DNA of 64,000 nucleotides, taken from the NCBI GenBank assembly GCA_039809985.1, contig JBDHWC010000001.1:14988-78987 (forward strand), read 5' to 3'. Source of the stretch: Thermomicrobiales bacterium. Lineage in GTDB: Bacteria; Chloroflexota; Chloroflexia; Thermomicrobiales; UBA6265. The number at the start of each line of letters is the position of its first letter. The stretch's first letter is position 1. Below the pieces are notes generated by a model. That model had not been told where the DNA came from. It saw only the letters and a program-made list of their open reading frames with translations, and ran no database searches. A program made the translations under genes and the position numbers. Below, in pieces: positions 59,691 through 64,000 of the stretch.

Positions 59691-59696
59691 TTCGAG

Positions 59697-59725
59697 TTGA
59701 AATTCTTGATATACAAATATAGAAT
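59697..59725 (+). promoter_or_regulatory. Near-consensus sigma-70 promoter for cysK inside the most AT-rich stretch of the window (TTGAAA-N17-TAGAAT)
   Basis: TTGAAA at 59697-59702 and TAGAAT at 59720-59725. It overlaps the inverted repeat AATTCT-N14-AGAATT (59701-59726). Confidence 0.55.
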
Positions 59726-59770
59726 TATGGCGACCGTCTGGGCGTGACCCTAGCGAAGGACGTGTGGACC

Positions 59771-60799
59771 ATGGCAAGCAGTGCGAGCAAGATCGGCGAG
59801 CGGGCCGACGTGAGTCTGACTGAGCGGCGACGACGGCCGCGGATCGCGGAGGATGCCACCGAGCTGATCGGCAACACGCCGCTGGTGAAGTTCTCCCGAT
59901 TCGCCGGCGGGCTGCCGGGCACGGTGGTCGGCAAGCTGGAGTCGTTCAGCCCGGGCTATTCGGTGAAGGACCGGATCGGCGTCGCGATGATCGACGACGC
60001 CGAGCGCCGCGGGTTGATCACCCCCGGCAAGACGACGATCGTCGAGCCGACGAGCGGCAACACGGGCATTGCCCTCGCCTGGGTCGCTGCCGCTCGCGGC
60101 TACCGGCTGATCCTGACGATGCCGGAGAGCATGAGCCTCGAGCGCCGGGTCCTGCTGCTCGGCTTCGGCGTCGACCTGGTGCTGACGCCGGCCTCGGAAG
60201 GCATGGTCGGGGCCGTGCGGCGGGCGGAGGAGATCGCGGCCTCGACGCCGGACTCGTGGGTGCCGCAGCAGTTCGAGAACGAGGCCAACCCGGAGATCCA
60301 CCGGCGGACCACCGCGGTCGAGATCTGGGAGGACACGGCGGGAGAGGTCGACATCCTCGTCGCCGGCATCGGCACCGGCGGCACGATCACTGGGGCCGGG
60401 CAGGTGCTGAAGCACCTGAAGCCGAGCGTGCGGGTGGTGGCGGTCGAGCCGACGGAGTCGCCGATCTTGGCGGAAGGTCGGTTCGGTCCCCACAAGATCC
60501 AAGGGATCGGTGCCAACTTCGTGCCCAAGGTGCTCGATCGCGACGTCTACGACGAGATCGTGCTGATCGACTCGGCGACGGCGATCGCCGCCCAGCAGGA
60601 ACTGATGAGGAGCGAGGGCGTGCTGGCCGGTATCTCCGGCGGTGCGGCGGCGGCCGCAGCCCGGGAACTCGCCGCGCGCGAGGAGAACCGCGGCAAGCTG
60701 ATCGTGGCAGTGCTCCCCGACACCGGCGAGCGGTACCTGAGCACGGTCGCCTTCGACGAGCCGAGGCAGCGGGCGACCGGTCTGACGGTCGGCTCGTAG
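59771..60799 (+). CDS. cysK: Cysteine synthase A (O-acetylserine sulfhydrylase)
   Basis: [12 protein letters not shown]-lysine motif [30 protein letters not shown]. Start is ATG 59771; the alternative is GTG 59811. Confidence 0.9.
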   Translation: MASSASKIGERADVSLTERRRRPRIAEDATELIGNTPLVKFSRFAGGLPGTVVGKLESFSPGYSVKDRIGVAMIDDAERRGLITPGKTTIVEPTSGNTGIALAWVAAARGYRLILTMPESMSLERRVLLLGFGVDLVLTPASEGMVGAVRRAEEIAASTPDSWVPQQFENEANPEIHRRTTAVEIWEDTAGEVDILVAGIGTGGTITGAGQVLKHLKPSVRVVAVEPTESPILAEGRFGPHKIQGIGANFVPKVLDRDVYDEIVLIDSATAIAAQQELMRSEGVLAGISGGAAAAAARELAAREENRGKLIVAVLPDTGERYLSTVAFDEPRQRATGLTVGS

Positions 60800-60843
60800 C
60801 CGGAGGCATTGCGGCGCTGGCTCCGAGCCGATGGAGCTCGCAA

Positions 60844-60891
60844 ACACGAGAAGGGGGGGCGGGGCTGAAGCCCCGCCCCCCCTTCTCGTGT
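60844..60891. terminator. Bidirectional hairpin terminator candidate between convergent cysK and nrdJ
   Basis: ACACGAGAAGGGGGGGCGGGGC-TGAA-GCCCCGCCCCCCCTTCTCGTGT, a 22-bp perfect stem. Confidence 0.65.
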
Positions 60892-60911
60892 CGTCGGCTC
60901 GCGTTACGTCG

Positions 60912-64000
<3,089 letters not shown>

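Noticed and set aside
59697-59730. The AT-rich island considered as a replication-origin unwinding element (DUE).
   Set aside because: It is only ~30 bp and lies 8.5 kb from dnaA. No DnaA-box cluster flanks it; the only hit is a lone TGTGGACC at 59763-70. It fits a -35/-10 promoter for cysK almost perfectly.

Overview
This is a 64-kb window from a very GC-rich bacterial chromosome. Codon third positions are almost always G/C, and long Arg/Pro/Gly-rich antisense 'shadow' ORFs overlap almost every real gene. GC content was judged by eye, not computed.

I call 55 protein-coding genes, packed tightly on both strands, and nearly all are core housekeeping:
- DNA metabolism: dinG, xseAB, uvrB, dprA, topA, scpAB, dnaA, and nrdJ (5'-truncated by the window end).
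- Transcription and translation: rho, rpoN, efp, relA/spoT.
- Proteolysis: hslVU, two M50 proteases, and M17, M20 and M24 peptidases.
- Lipid and amino-acid metabolism: accB, a fused accD-accA, aroQ, tyrA, ilvE, cysK.
- Molybdenum cofactor: moaC, moeA, and a fused moaD-moaE.
- Fe-S: an Rrf2 regulator with a cysteine desulfurase.
- Transport: an Opp/Dpp-type peptide ABC transporter split into oppDF (- strand) and oppBC-oppA (+ strand).

I found no rRNA, tRNA, CRISPR array, transposase, integrase or phage gene. Local synteny (aroQ-pepP-efp-accB, xseAB, Rrf2 plus desulfurase, exonuclease-fused DinG) looks Firmicutes- or Chloroflexota-like. Taxonomy cannot be settled without a database search.

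Several intergenic regions carry promoter-like elements with a shared form, TTGAC(A)-N17/18-(TGn)TAnnnT. Four convergent or operon ends carry long perfect GC hairpins.

I do not see a convincing novel multi-gene accessory or defence system. The signals most worth a second look are:
1. Two face-to-face sigma-54 -24/-12 promoter-like elements directly upstream of rpoN.
2. A CxxC-X8-CxxC zinc-ribbon-like insert in sigma-54 itself.
3. A densely structured ~170-nt region between moaDE and the AT-rich cysK promoter.
4. An EF-P with Arg rather than Lys at the modified loop tip.
5. A ~217-aa disordered N-terminal extension on Rho, with a rut-like leader.
6. Fusion or orphan architectures: MoaD-MoaE, AccD-AccA, and an SdhD-SdhC-like protein.
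7. A dnaA locus with no dnaN and no obvious DnaA-box cluster.

All functional calls rest on motif and family recognition by eye. No searches or computations were run.
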